NCBI GenBank assembly: GCA_002269645.1
Contig: NIVC01000202.1
Location: 671,131 to 735,130, forward strand
DNA from: Macrostomum lignano
Taxonomy: Eukaryota
DNA length: 64,000 nt
Direction: 5' to 3'
Under the pieces are notes generated by a model. The model searched no databases. It saw only the letters and a program-made list of their open reading frames with translations, and was not told where the DNA came from. Made by a program: the position numbers and the translations under genes. Positions 50,861-64,000 of this stretch are shown here, piece by piece (positions within the stretch are counted from its first letter, which is position 1; each line of letters opens with the position of its first letter).

Positions 50861-53800
50861 CATAGAGCATAGAGCTGTGCAGTGGAGTAGATGGCGCCCT
50901 GGCTTCTGCCAAGGAACAAGTACTCTTATAAGACTGGGAAATCGGTGGATCGCGGGGGATCGCGTGAAAGAGAGAAGAGGCCCGCGCTTGTAATGAGAAG
51001 TGACGCGGGCGGAGGGACTGGACGGAGGCCATTAAGCCAGCAGAGCTGTGGAATATATTATCAGGCGCAATTGGGAGACGGGAGCGCCTCACTCGGAGTG
51101 TAAAACGGCCACCCCCTGCGGGCCGGAGAGCCACTTTGCTTCCGGCAGCAGGCCGTTTCTGCATCACGCGATCTCCCATAGCAGCCCCCTCAACCTGCGT
51201 GCCTGCCTCCTCGAAAGATGCCTAGAATTGGGAGGCTGAGAAGAGTGGCTAGATGGAGTAACACGCTTGGTGCGATATAGCAGTGAAGGTGGTGCGCGAC
51301 AAGCTGGCTGCGGGAATTAGCTGGCCCTCCTTCTGCTTCAGCTTCTGCATCCCAAGAAAGAGAGATGGAGGAGGCGGGTGGCAGAGAGGGAGAAAGTGAG
51401 AACCAAAGCGACAGTTGCTGGCAGCCGGTGGCAGGGGAATTAGCAATATCGAGTTTCACGAGCGACAGTTCCTTTGCCACTCCAGCGGTTTGCGTGCGAC
51501 TTCGATCGCGCGGTTTCTCTCGTGGATGCGCTTGGAAACGGGGGGGAATCAGGTATATCAGGAGGCACTTTTCGGTGCAGCTTTCGCGAGGGTTGAGCTG
51601 GTTTAAAGCGTAGGTGAACGGATGATTACGATGGGATTAAAGCTTCTGCCAGAGTCGAGCCAAAGTACCCAGGGTTCCACAATGACATGCATGACCTCAT
51701 TAATCTGGGACTCCCGCCCATGAGGGCCAACCGCCAAGGCACAGAATGTGTTTTTGTCAATTAGAAAGCCACTGTGCACCTGCGTTGCTTTGTTTTGCAG
51801 GATTTCCCTAAGCCTTCGCAAACTATCTGATTAAGCTTTTATCAGACATAACAAGCATGACCCAGATGGTCAATAGTTTGGTGGACATGACACTGCTGCA
51901 TCTGGGAGATAGCTTGTACATGTATGTAGAGCTAGTACATGACTGAGACTGTAGGGGGTCGCAACTACCGTTAGTTCCAATATTTCTGCCGCGTCTTCTT
52001 AGAGCTGCCACCCTCTACGACGTAAATCTGTTTTCCACTATACCGCTGCCCGCACCCTTATACTGACCGGCTTGGTAATATCCTTAATCGGTCTAAAGTA
52101 AACAGGATAGTTTCAGATATGGTCGGGTTTGATCGTGGCGACCAACCGATGGCACCCGTGTTGGATAAGGATTGGAATTTAGTCGAGGGGGTAAACAGCG
52201 GAATTTTCTCCGCGGAATGGGCGACTTATCCATAGAGAGTGATGCGAGCGATGGCTGCCCATGACTGCCTTTTAGGCAATGTTATCCGAAACAGAGTGGG
52301 CAGCAGAGAGAATGCTATTTGAAGCCCATCTGCATGCGAGCACGTATAAGGGGATAAGGGGTGAGGCAAGAATCTGCATTGATTATGCGAAAAAATGATT
52401 GGAAAGCAATGGAGAGACATCGCTGGGATGAGTGTATCCGCACAGAACATATGACAGCGTTATGTTTCAAGTCCGAGTGCTCAAGTCCGAGTAACACAGC
52501 TATAAGCAAAATAATAGCAGTTCTCTTGCCTGTATTCAAGAACACTAGAAAGGAAGCTCTCAGTTCGAATCTGGAATCAGGAGGATGCGTCAAATATTTA
52601 TGCTCGGAGACGGAGTGAAATCGGAGTTGACGCGAGCAAATCGGATTCCTGCACTGCACGCACACTTGTCCAAGTTCGCACTGGAGGAGGCGCGAGTCCA
52701 GTCATTCTGCTGAGCCTGAATCTGGCAAACACTGGCGCAGTGCGATTTTGTTGGTCCCAAGTGCGTGCTCTAGCGCATTTGTATGCTAGAATCTTTCAGA
52801 AGCAGCGCGTCCAGAGGACGAACAGGAGAGGGCAACAGGGCTGCGGTAGTTTGTAACTTGGGCATTATTGATCGCTGAAAAATTGTCTCGGGCCTCTCTT
52901 GGCGCGTATAAATACTTCCCAGTCACCCGGTAATGCTGGTCTAGGGCAGGGAAGAGAGAGTCGTACAGCGCTAGGCCTCATTCCCATCCTGCCGAGAAGA
53001 TTGAGGCAGAACCCTGAATTATTCATGAATTGAGTTGTAGACCGGACGAAAAAAATTGTTTCAGTGACGTTGCAAGTGGTGTGAGCTCAATCATTAAACC
53101 GCGATTCCTGTTGAGCAAGCGGTTAAAAGTGACCAGCACTTAAATTGGACGAAAATTTAATTCTAATTGGACTTACCGACTACTTAAAGTAGCAAGATAT
53201 GAAATTAAACAAAAAAATTACTAATTAATCACTCAACATTTTGTCGAACTGTTTTATTGATGCTTATAGAAATGTTTCTTCAGATTTCATACAGGATGCT
53301 ATAGCCAACAAAGACCTGTATAAAGACGGATCTCGAGAACTACTTCTGCTATGATACGTTTAATGCATTTGTAGTTTCGTTTTTGTGATACAATCACCAT
53401 CTCTAAAAATGTTCACAACACTACTACAGGCCCATGGAGGTACGAAATAAAGGCCGTTCACACTGAGGAGTCTTTCGAACCAATCTTGGATTGATAGCGC
53501 AGCTATTCGGAACGCCAGCAGAAAGTTCAGCACTGCAGCAACGCGTCCCAATAAGATCGAAGTTGCAATACGGTCTAGGCAAATCTTGCATTAAACCTCC
53601 GTGTTCCTTCCGCGCCGCATGCACTCCCGAATGGATCTCGAAATTTTCCAAAACTTTCCGTGTGTCATCGGAGGGAGAAACAGTTTCTGATCCTGCACGC
53701 GCAGCGGCAGCGAGGGGGGAGATGCCAAGACTGGAACGGCTGAACGCGTACCTGTAAAGGTAAAGCAGTGTAGAGGCCGATGCCTAGTGGAAACTTCACG

Positions 53801-54447
53801 AATGCATGCCATTTGGCTCCTCTCTGCTCGCCTTTCACCCAATCTACCTCCCTCTCTCTCTCCCTGCAAGAAACCGTATTAGACAGCAGAAACTTCGGGA
53901 TGCGGACGGAAAAGGTATTTCTGAAGGCCCATCCCGGACCCGCGGGGCCGCACTGCGCTATTTATCGATCCAAATGGTGGCGCAGCTAAGGTTCTGACTT
54001 GGAGGCTGCGGCGCAGCGCACATGGGCAATGATTTTTTCGACGCTAGCGGAAGAATTGTAAGCGCAAAGCTCGACCTGACATTTCCTACCCACCCGGCCC
54101 TCTAACCCTTGCCTACTGCAGTTCCTCTTCGTTCTCCCTACCTCCCGCCCGCGCCTTTTCCTCGGTTCTATTTAGGCAGCCCAGTGACCCGGCATTGAAG
54201 GCCTTGCACCACTCCTTCATCCTTTCTGTCGCGTCTCCAACTCTTTCGCTCGACAGTCCCGGCATCTAGACACAGGTAAGTCCAAGATTGTTCGGACCCA
54301 GTATGTGCAATACCAAAATTAGAAGCTCAACCTTAATGTAGGCAGCCTTCATTGCAGGTCGTGTTCTTAGTTTCGTTTGTCGCCCCACTCCGAGTAGCAA
54401 ATTTTCTGTTTATTGTTTAACCTGCCGTCGAAAGAACAGCAGCAACA

Positions 54448-57400
54448 ATGAGCGACATGGACGAGCGACGCGCCGCCCGACGCAGGGCGAGGCAGCAGGC
54501 GTGAGTAAACACCTAATAGCAAAGCTTTAACAATCATTCTTGTCATAGTACTGTTTGAATGATCGGCAATATGCTAGTGAGTTGTTATTACCCTCTCGAA
54601 TTAAACCTCCCCTTTCATTCCAGAACCGAAGAGGTATGATACTGGAGCTATTAATCATTCGATCCCCTATTAGGTAACTTCGATGCAGCAGTCAATTTCT
54701 CTTCAGCTTCCATCTGTTAAGTAATTGTCTTTTTCTATGTTTGAATCCTCAACGTGTTTTATCACCAATCGAGTATCATTGATAGTATCGTGAGTATAGA
54801 AGCTTACTAAGGAATCACCGGGATTACAATGGAACAATTAGAGCAAGTGAGAGCTACCGTTGCTAGGCGCTTTCTGCGTTCCAGTTGGAGCTTACAGTTG
54901 CGCTCATAAATACTCCTGTTGCGTTGTAAAGTTGCGCTTTATCACGGATTTGACTGTCAGACCCAGCTCGCTCGGAATAGTTTTGATCAGCAGTCCATTA
55001 CAGTAGAGCCTAGAAAAGTAAACTATCGAATTCTCATAGTCCATGCCTGCTAATGCATATACTGTATGTTGTTCTCGAGCGTATTATTTTGCATCTCAGT
55101 TTGGTAGAGGGCGGCCTGTAACGCGCTTCGCATTCGTACTGTATTAACTAACAACGGGTTATCAATATCAATAGTTTTTTTTTAATTTCACAACTCAAAC
55201 CTTGAGTGATATTTTGGATTAGTATTTTGCCATAATATTAATGTCAGTAGGTTAATTCGGTATAGAAAAATATTTTAGAATATTCGAATGAGTTTTTTTC
55301 TGTTAAACCTAGCACAGCATTTCTCATATTATCGTGCTAACGACATCCCGAGTTGAAAGCATACAGAATACCGCTAGGCCATAGATTTGCTCGTCTCTAA
55401 GTTATGTTTCTCAGTCAGAAATCTTTGTTCTCTTTTTTCTAGAAGCTTTTCAACTTTGGATGTCCGTTTTCTAACTTTGCATGGCAAAAGCAAAAAAGTT
55501 TTGTAATTTTGTAATTTGTCAGCAAGGGACAACGAACCTTAACCCCCCATGCTTTGCACGATGGTTCAATGACTGCTTCTTGTTCCAAGCCGAACAGACT
55601 GTTCCTGGCTAGTTCAGCCGATAAATTAATAATTGCTACAATAATAGGAGGCGCCGGCGGCTGATTCGTCAAGGCGCCGACGCAGGCGTGGCGAAGAGGA
55701 AGACGCAGCGGAGTCTGAGGCACCCGTGAGTGAAGCCGATCGACCCACACAAACTGAACGGAAGCCGGAGATTCCTAGCTTTTAGTATAAATACATTCAA
55801 GTATTCTGCTGTCCCGGATCTGATCTAATCACTGACATTCCGATGTGCTTTTTGTTGGGGTGTCTTGCTGTATCCATTTTTTCTACTAACCTCAGCTACG
55901 AATTCATAAAATGCATCAAAATGTATTTAGCTGCATTAGAGATGACTTTTTTGTTAACTATTCTTTTATTTTCATTTTCTATTGCCAATTGGCACTCGTA
56001 AAAAATCTTTAATGAGTGGATGCTCTGCTTTTGCGATCGGTAATACATCTTGAGCGCGCTTGCTCAAGATCCTGAGAAGTGCGGTGAGTGACTTCTCAAC
56101 AAGTCTTATTCAGAGACATTGGCGTGCGTCCCACAATATGTGCTTATCTCGCGACCTTCTGCTTTAAAGTACTTCACATTATTTTTTATAGACCTGTTTA
56201 CTCCCCACTGATGATAAAATCCGAAGCTCTGTATCAAAGCATGCTCGTAAATATTTATAAGAGGCATGAGAACCTGTAACAGACCTGCTTGTTTCATGGA
56301 CTATGCTAACTCGAAGGACTTTCTTTCCCGCTTTCCAGTCCGCTCCGGCCGAGTCCGCCCCGGCCGAGTCCGCCCGGCGAGGAGCCCTCCGGCGGCGGTG
56401 GCGGAGGCGACGACGATGTGAGTATTTTTTCTCGACGCCTTCGTTGATGAGCTTGATTGATTCCTGCATTGACGCTTGTGGCTGGCGCATCGGCTTTCAG
56501 GATCGCCGGCGAGCTGAGGAAGAGGAAGCTGCCGAGCGACGTCGCCGCCAGCAGCAGGAGGAGGAGGAGGAACGGGAGCGGGCCGAAGCTGAGAAACGTC
56601 GGCGCGAGGAGGTAAACAGCTGTAGCTGTTGCTTACCGTTCAGGGAGTGGGGTTCTCATCTTCCGCCCGAGCTTAACCGAAATTCAACCCAATCTCAACC
56701 CAAGCTCAACCCAATCTCAACCCAAGCTTCAGCCCAAGCTCAACCCAATCTCAACCCAATCTCAACCCAAGCTCAACCCAATCTCAACCCAATCTCAACC
56801 CAAGCTCAACCCAATCTCAACCCAAGCTCAACCAAAGCTCAATTCATGCCCAAGCAAGCTTCAGCCCAATCTCAACCCAATCTCAACCCAATCTCAACCC
56901 AATCTCAAACCAATCTCAACCCAATCTCAACCCAATCTCAACCCAATCTCAACCCAATCTCAACCCAATCTCAACCCAATCTCAACCCAATCTCAACCCA
57001 ATCTCAACCCAATCTCAACCCAAGCTCAACCAAGGCTCAATTCATGCTCAACCCAAGCTTCAGCCCAAGCTCAACCCAAGCTCAACCAAGCTTAACTCAA
57101 GCTCCACCCCCCCACAAAGGTTACCAAAACTCAACGTCTCATTAAAATTCCTATTGACTCTACAGGAAGCAGAGCGGCGCCGTCGCGAAGAGGAGGCCGA
57201 AGAGCGCCGTCGTGAGGAGGAAGCCGAAGAGCGCCGTCGCGCCGAGGAGCCCGCAAAGCCGAAGAGGCCGCAGCCGCCGCCTCAAAGAAGGGCGGCAAGG
57301 GCAAGAAGAAGAAGGGTGTCACAATGACCCCGGAGAAGAAGCGCCTGCTGAAGCAGCTGATCATGCAGAAGGCAGCTGAAGAGATGCGCGCCGAGCAGAA

Positions 57401-58662
57401 GCGCAAGGCTCAGGAGCGCGAGAACCACCTCAAGTCGGTAGTCGGCGAGCTCAACATTTCGGGCCTCAGCAAGGGTGAGCAAATTTATACAACTTACAAT
57501 TATCAGACGACAGGTGAATGTGAATTTACATAATCTGATTTCAACATTTACATGTAATTACCGACCGCAGACCAGCTGGAGAGCAAGGTGAAGGAGTTGT
57601 ACAGGAAGATGGCTCAGCTCGAGGCTGAGAAGTACGACTGGGAGATGAAGATCCACAACCTGGATCTGGAGATCAATGCAATGGAGGCTAAAGTGAACGA
57701 GTCGAAGGGCAAGTTCACAAAGCCGGTGCTGAAGAAGGTCTCTAAGACTGAGCAGCGTCTGGAGAAGCTGAAAAAGAAGAACAAAGCCAGCGCCGCTTCC
57801 TTCCGCGAGGGTCTCAAGTCCACTGGCCAGGACAAGTACGCCCTGGAGGAGAAGGAAAAGTGAGTGTTGCTGCTGCCTCTCTGTAGGTTTTATTATGGTT
57901 GATGGCAACGGGAGCGCTGTTCCGTTTCATTAGGCTCAGGCCTCTTATATGGAGGTCAGCAAACTTTTTACCTCAAGGCCAGATAAAGAATCCAGCTCAT
58001 GGCTGCGGGCCAGATGAGAGTGGAAAGGAGAGGGAATGGAGGAGAGAGAAGAAAGAGGAGATGACAAAAGAGAGGGGAGGTGAGATGAAAGAGGCTATGA
58101 GAAAAGAGATGAGTGAGAAGGAATGAGATGAGAGGAGAGGAGAGGAGAGGAGAGGAGAGGAGAGGAGAGGAGAGGAGAGAGAGGAGAGGAGGAGAGGAGA
58201 GGAGGAGAGGAGAGAGAGGAAGAGAGGAGAGGAGAGGAGAGGAGAGGAGAGGAGAGAGAGGAGAGAGAGGAGAGGAGAGGAGAGGAGAGGAGAGGAGAGG
58301 AGAGGAGAGGAGAGAGAGGAGAAGAAACAAACCTTGAGCGGGTCGGATTGCCATTCTAAAGTGTCCAAGGACCCGAGGGTCGGATAGAGAGGCTTTGTGG
58401 GCCGCTTATGACCGGCCGAAGTTTGCCCACCCCTGCTTTTCTAGCACACTTGGATCAAAAACAGCAATTTGCAGCTATATAACTGATACTGCTGAGTTTT
58501 CAAATCACGATTATAAGCTTACGACGTACATGCAAGTCTCGATCCCGACAACCCACTCCAATTCTGCAATTGCAGTCGGAAAAGCCGGAGTGGACCAAGG
58601 AGAAGAAGGAGAAACCGGAGGAGGGCGGCGAGGCCGGGGAGGCCGCCCCGGCTGAGAGCTAA
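54448..58662 (+). CDS. TnI: Troponin I (invertebrate type, long Glu/Arg-rich N-terminus); assembled sequence carries apparent frameshifts
   Basis: Coding exons 54448-54500, 54624-54633, 55648-55725, 56339-56417, 56501-56611, 57166-57474, 57571-57859 and 58576-58662. Non-coding exon donor at 54276. TnI core MTPEKKRLLKQLIMQKAAEE...EKYDWE...EIN...GKFTKPVLKKVSKTE...FREGLK...LEEKEK, and KPEW in the last exon. Frame breaks at ~56375-56378, ~57250 and the 57859/58576 junction. Confidence 0.88.
56685..57105. repeat. 11-bp minisatellite in TnI intron
   Basis: Unit AACCCAATCTC with AACCCAAGCTC variants. Confidence 0.92.
57950..58435. mobile_element. hAT-Charlie-like MITE interrupted by a (GAGAG)n expansion
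   Basis: Left end TGGAGGTCAGCAAACTTTTTA...GGCCAGATA...GCGGGCCA and right end GGCCGAAGTTTGCCCACCCCTG resemble Charlie/MER58-type termini (from memory). Degenerate 8-bp flanks CTCTTATA / CTTTTCTA. GA-rich tract ~58020-58325. Confidence 0.6.
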
Positions 58663-61126
58663 GCGTCAACTTGAAGTCAACACCAAAGCCTTCCCCCCGG
58701 CTGATTCTTGCATCCGTTTTTTCGCTCTGTGTTGGACTCAGAAAAAGAACTCGTGCATTCACCTTTGGATTGTTACCTAATTATAAACTTAAAACAAAAA
58801 TATTCAATTAAAAAAATCTTCGAGCCCCCCCCAGTTCATTACTTTCTCTCCCACTAAGCAGTTCATCGATTTCTGTTCGCTTTTCTTCCCGATATCTTGT
58901 CGTTCTCTTTCACACCTTTAATTGCTTTTTAATTGATATTAATTGCTTATAATATCAGCATGCTGATATATAAAAATAGCTAATCAATCTCACATTCTGA
59001 TTGATCAAACTTAGCTTATGTACTGTTTTTTCGGAAAGCTGTTATTTATTTCATTATCTCTTTATTATAGCTGCTTCAATATTTCGCAACATAGGATGCT
59101 ATTAATTGCGCACGAGTGTTAGAATGCAAATGTATTAAGTAATCGATCGTTATTATTAATCTTTGTCGCCGTGTTTTGCAATTGCCCGCAACCCGATATC
59201 ACCATCATTTTAGCAATAAAAAATAAAGTAATATTAATGTTATAGCTTCATAAGGTGACTGAAGAAGCAAATTACTAAAATGATTTGTATTCTCGACTTC
59301 CTGTTCATAAACTAGCTCACATACGTGTGCAGGTGCATCAGCAGTGGCCGTAAAAATAAGATATCATTTTATAAATATTCAACTCAATTAAAATCACTGA
59401 CAGATTTTTAAAAGACGCAAATTAACTACCAAATGTACAGTTCACTTATGTGGCTCGTATACATGTATGTATCGTACATTCTCATCAGTCGCGACGCGTA
59501 TAGCTTTTATGTTGTGTTTGCGCATGTACATTAATGTTTACGGCGTACACGTACACACACGTAAAATACAGGCTATACATGTATGTACTAATTTATGCTC
59601 AATAAACAGCTAGGCCAAATTATTTCGTGAGTTTAATGGCCACCTCTGCAAAAATAGTTATTTAAGCGCATCATCAGTACATTGAAAAATAAGAAATGAA
59701 TTAAATGTACACTACTGACAAAAAAATGTGATTTGTGACTTAAAATTTAATGGACGCAAAAAGCGTTTCGTTAAGGCCGACATAGGTCGGAATAAAGTCT
59801 GCAGACATTTCAGCTAGTAGCTATGCTCTACAATTTCGAATTTCATTTTTGCTTCCAAAATTCATAAAGTTGTTTGGCTGTTTAGCATATGTACAGTAGA
59901 AATGATCGACAGGCTCATGCACAATTCCTTTAGTGGAATATACATGCATAAAAAGTGAAAGTGACAATTCAGTAGACTATAATTTAATAACTTCATGAGT
60001 TTATTAATTTTATTGGAAATACTTTGGAAATATGAATTGGAAATATTAAATGGAAATAAACGGAAAGCTGACGCGACTTAATTTGTAGATATATGCGTGC
60101 GCTGTTCCTGAAAAATTGGAAAACGCGAAAATGCGTGTACAAACATCCCGACAAGGATTCCAACAAAATGATTTGAGAAATTTCAGTAAACTATAATATT
60201 CTTCGTCGATAGAAGTTTTACTCTGCTGTACTCATGGCTTCTCGGTCCTGTCCTGAAATACCATGTATTTCAGAGTTTATCCTTTTCAGGGCAATTCTGC
60301 ACAGGGAATCATTTGATCAATGCAATAGAAACGAGCAAGCCGTATTATTAGTCAGGTGAGAATCAAACGTATAGTCACTATAGTCTACAGTTTATGCTAT
60401 GATATATGCTTTGATTTGTATGCTTGTGTTAGAAGTAGCTAGTCGTTAAAAGCACATGAAATTAAGTGCGTTATTAATGACCACTCTTTCTAGTATCGAA
60501 AAATGTGCCGAAATTGCAGCCTATAATATTTTATTCAATACGCTTTTTATTAAATTGTGCTGAGAGTTAGATTCAAAGGAAATGAATGAGCAGAACAGTT
60601 TTTTACTTTGGACAAGCTACGTTCTGCTAGACAACAGGATTGGTCAGTCCATTGCTAAGTGCCTAATTCAACCACCAAATTAAATTACTGTTTCTTTGAA
60701 TATGGTACATTTAAGCAAACCGTCGAGGAGGGCTTCAGGCTCAACACAGCGAAGTGATAAAAATTGAAACTCACTACAATACACTTATACCAGTGATTTA
60801 AATCGATTGACTTAAGGAAGGAAACATTTTATGAACCGCCTAAAATCTACATTTCCTGCTAGGGCCTAACTGCTATTTGAGATGCTTTTAGTTTTGATTT
60901 CTATATAGGCCTAGCCGTTAAATAGACCATAGTCGGCCCTAGTTGAACAATACGTCAGCAGATTTTTTACTTAACGTTGTATTTCAGTAATGATGCATAC
61001 TTGATATTAGCTATTTTAAAATTCAGGATTCGAAACCTTAGATCAAATATAAATCTTCATCTACTCTGAGCTGAGCCTATATTATCTTTCTAATCTAGGC
61101 CTAATATTAGCATAAGAACCAATAGG

Positions 61127-61826
61127 TAGAGCTGTCACGAGATCTCGACGAGACAAGATTTGAGACAAGATCTCGACATTTTTTCTCGTCTCGAGAAATC
61201 TCGAATTTTGTCAAGAAATTCAAGACGAGATTCAAGATTTTTTCCGATACCTTTTTCCAAAAGCTTTTAAGTGATAAAATATAAAAAGGGGAGCAAATTT
61301 TCATATAAATACAACTGTTTGTTGTAACACGCTTGATAGGGCAATTTTCAAATGGTAAAATCTAGCCAATGTCGAGCAGTTATTTAACGAACGTTGTTAT
61401 ATACGAGTTTGCATTGCATATGTGCTCTGTTGTTGTTGTTGTTGTATATGTGCTCTTTTAGTTATCATTTCAGTTCTGCAGCAAGGTGTATCATAGCAGA
61501 CTTGAAGATAATCTACACAGGTCTTTTGACAAATTAGTAATAGACATAGTAGGGCCAAGGGCTATATGCTACAAGCATAAATTCTTATGAATAAATAGCA
61601 AAGAATTAAAACTAGAATTAAGAAAGTATTCTGGAAAATCTAAAAAATATTTTTTTAGAATTGTATTTTATCAAGAAATTTAAGACAAGATAAGGCAAGA
61701 TAAAAGCAAGACAAGATGCAATTCTGAAATATATTTTTTAGATTTACTTTGTCTTGTCTCGTCTCGAAATTCTCGACTTATAAGCCTTTCTCGTCTCGAA
61801 TAAAATCTCTAATTTTGACAGCTCTA
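61127..61826. mobile_element. Non-autonomous hAT element, 700 bp
   Basis: Perfect 11-bp TIR TAGAGCTGTCA/TGACAGCTCTA, perfect 8-bp TSD CCAATAGG (61119-61126, 61827-61834), subterminal GAGACAAG/TCTCGAGA motifs. Confidence 0.88.
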
Positions 61827-62005
61827 CCAATAGGCCCCTATAAATATATATTACATTTCGATGCAATCCTGAGTGTCTAGTAAAGTAGTAGGATCCAGGA
61901 CTATTTGTCTGCCATGGTTAAATGGCCAGTGGACTATTTTCTGCCAGTGCTAAATAGTAATAATATAGTAGGCCCTAGTGATAATAATATCGACATAATA
62001 TCATT

Positions 62006-62420
62006 GGTGTAGGACCAAGACCGCCACACACCAAGACCGCCACACTTGGGGGAGCTAAGAGGGAGGAATTTGGCTTGCCATGTTATTGGATGGTGCTGAG
62101 GAGGGTGAGATGGGGAGCCAGCAAGACAAGGCCACGAGAGAACTGGTAAGCAGGCCAGCCTGGCCAGGTAGGTGGTGAGCCAGGTTCCTTGTTTTTTTAT
62201 TTAATTTGAATTGTTAAATTGCCCTGGTTGACTTGCAATCATTTTGGGCCACTTATTCATCTTATTAGTGACCAATCTTAGGACACTTCCTCCTCATCTA
62301 ATCTAACTCCACAACTCATCATAACCAATAGCAATGCTGAAGATTGGTAGCTTCCCCTCAATTCCAATAGTCAGTAAGAGCTGTGGCGGTCTTGGTATGT
62401 GGCGGTCTTGGTCATGCGCC
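62006..62420. mobile_element. Non-autonomous DNA transposon with GG..CC ends and 8-bp TSD (Merlin- or MULE-like), 415 bp
   Basis: TIRs GGTGTAGGACCAAGACCGCCACACACCAAGACCGCCACA / TGTGGCGGTCTTGGTATGTGGCGGTCTTGGTCATGCGCC with an internally duplicated motif; TSD ATATCATT (61998-62005, 62421-62428). Confidence 0.8.
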
Positions 62421-64000
62421 ATATCATTGTAGGCCTAATGTACATTGTAATGATAATTACTAATTTTACTAGCCTAACTAGTTATGAACCATATTTTACT
62501 GACTTTAAAAACTTTCAAAACATTTTTACAAAAGAAATCTTTGTTGTTTGACCTAATTAAATTATTTGATCTAATTATTTAACCTTCATTGATATAAAAA
62601 AGAAATATTAACATTATCATTACTTTCTCTAAACTATTCAAATATTTCATTCATTCTAAGATAGCATCTTTGGATCACATTCACAATTTTGGAATATAAA
62701 ATTGCATTCTATTCTATGCAACTTTTTATATTAGGTTTCTATTTTAATTAAAATGTGCTTTTATTCTTTTTTTGGCACTTGAATTTTATGGCTAGCTTTT
62801 ATAGGTTTTTGTATAATTTTTTTCATGAATCCCTAAAAAGTATATTTATATTTATTTCTTTTACTATTAATATAATACTAAGTGGCTTTGTTTTTAAATG
62901 CAAAAATTTTTTATATGCAAGACTTTCAAATGAAATCATATAAGTTAATTATATCAAACCATTGGATAAATTTAAAAATTGTATTAGAAGTTACCAAAGT
63001 CTAAATTGTCATAAAAATATTGGTTTCCAATATTAATTTTTTAACATTTTTTTAGTTTTCATTATTTGTTTGACTATTTGACTAAGCCTATTTGGGGTAA
63101 CAAAGTGTGTCTGTTTCAATAACAAAATGTGTATCCACTTCTGTAACAAATATGTCCATTTTGGTAATAGCATTTGTCTACTTCCTATAAAAAATGATGC
63201 CTATGAATATGAATAGGTGATCCACTTATTGTATACTTCACATGTATAAAGTATTTTGCAACAAAAAAAATTTAGGATAAAATGGTAAAACGAATCTGTA
63301 GACATTTGAAAGAAGTCAATGCAATAGAAAAAGCTTTTTGAAAGGCATGTCTTTAAAAATAGTTTCTAATAGACACTATTATTTTTTTACAAAAAGTAAC
63401 TGTTAATAATAAGTCTTTTGGGTTGGAGACTTAAGCAATAGAGCTTTTTTTATGCTAGGTTAGGACAATAAGGCAGAATATAATTTAAGATAAATGCTAT
63501 TCTCTAAATAAACTAAGGGCTTTTAAGTCTATTGTCAAGGACTTAAAATAGATTTTCAATGTCATATATATATTGTGTGGTTTGGGCAATATTGGCTAAA
63601 TTTGGGATAAATGCCTATTAATAAATGACAAGTTTTAACTATTGCCATTTGGATTTAATTAAAAGTTATATGAAGCTATATCTATTGATTAAATACCTAA
63701 TAAAGAATCTTATTATCTCTAAGAATATTTATTTTTTCTTAGTCCAAAACAAACATTTTTAGTATTGTAATAGATAATAAAAGTAGAATCTATCAACTTC
63801 TATAAGTTCTTTCGTTCAGAAAGGCTTACATAACAATCTAAAGATATAGTAGTGATGGATCAATTCAATTTTGATTTCATATTCCAAATTTCAAAACTAA
63901 TTTTGCATCGACATAATTTTGATTTCAATTTCAAATTTTGACACCATTCATCAAAATCATTTCAAAATTTTGGTTATATTTTAACAATTTAGACATTGAT

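Noticed and set aside
50900-54000. Many 60-100-aa ORFs between the GATA array and TnI
   Set aside because: No recognisable domains or consistent exon structure; treated as non-coding.
62500-64000. Very AT-rich terminal segment
   Set aside because: No ORFs, TIRs or repeat units that I could support.

Overview
Repeat-rich animal genomic DNA with GT-AG spliced genes and tandem repeats in most introns. The style suggests a free-living flatworm such as Macrostomum (inference only). I assembled seven protein-coding genes by hand with phase-consistent exons: (1) a secreted/membrane multi-C-type-lectin protein (-, runs off the left edge); (2) a secreted PAN/apple + fibrinogen-domain protein (+); (3) an unassigned beta-propeller-like protein (+); (4) a MICAL-like CH-LIM-bMERB protein whose LIM domain has only one zinc finger (+); (5) a BAMBI-like kinase-less TGF-beta pseudoreceptor (-); (6) a 3xCUB-LDLa-TM Neto/SOL/LEV-10-like protein (+); (7) troponin I with a modular charged N-terminus, a 10-nt microexon and several apparent 1-nt deletions (+). 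Mobile DNA comprises six copies of a tRNA-derived CORE(MIR-like) SINE, a second tRNA-headed SINE, a truncated RTE/RTEX-like LINE and several MITE/non-autonomous DNA transposons with visible TIRs and TSDs. More than 20 distinct micro/minisatellites are present. All coordinates were counted by eye, copy numbers are approximate, and no database search was run.
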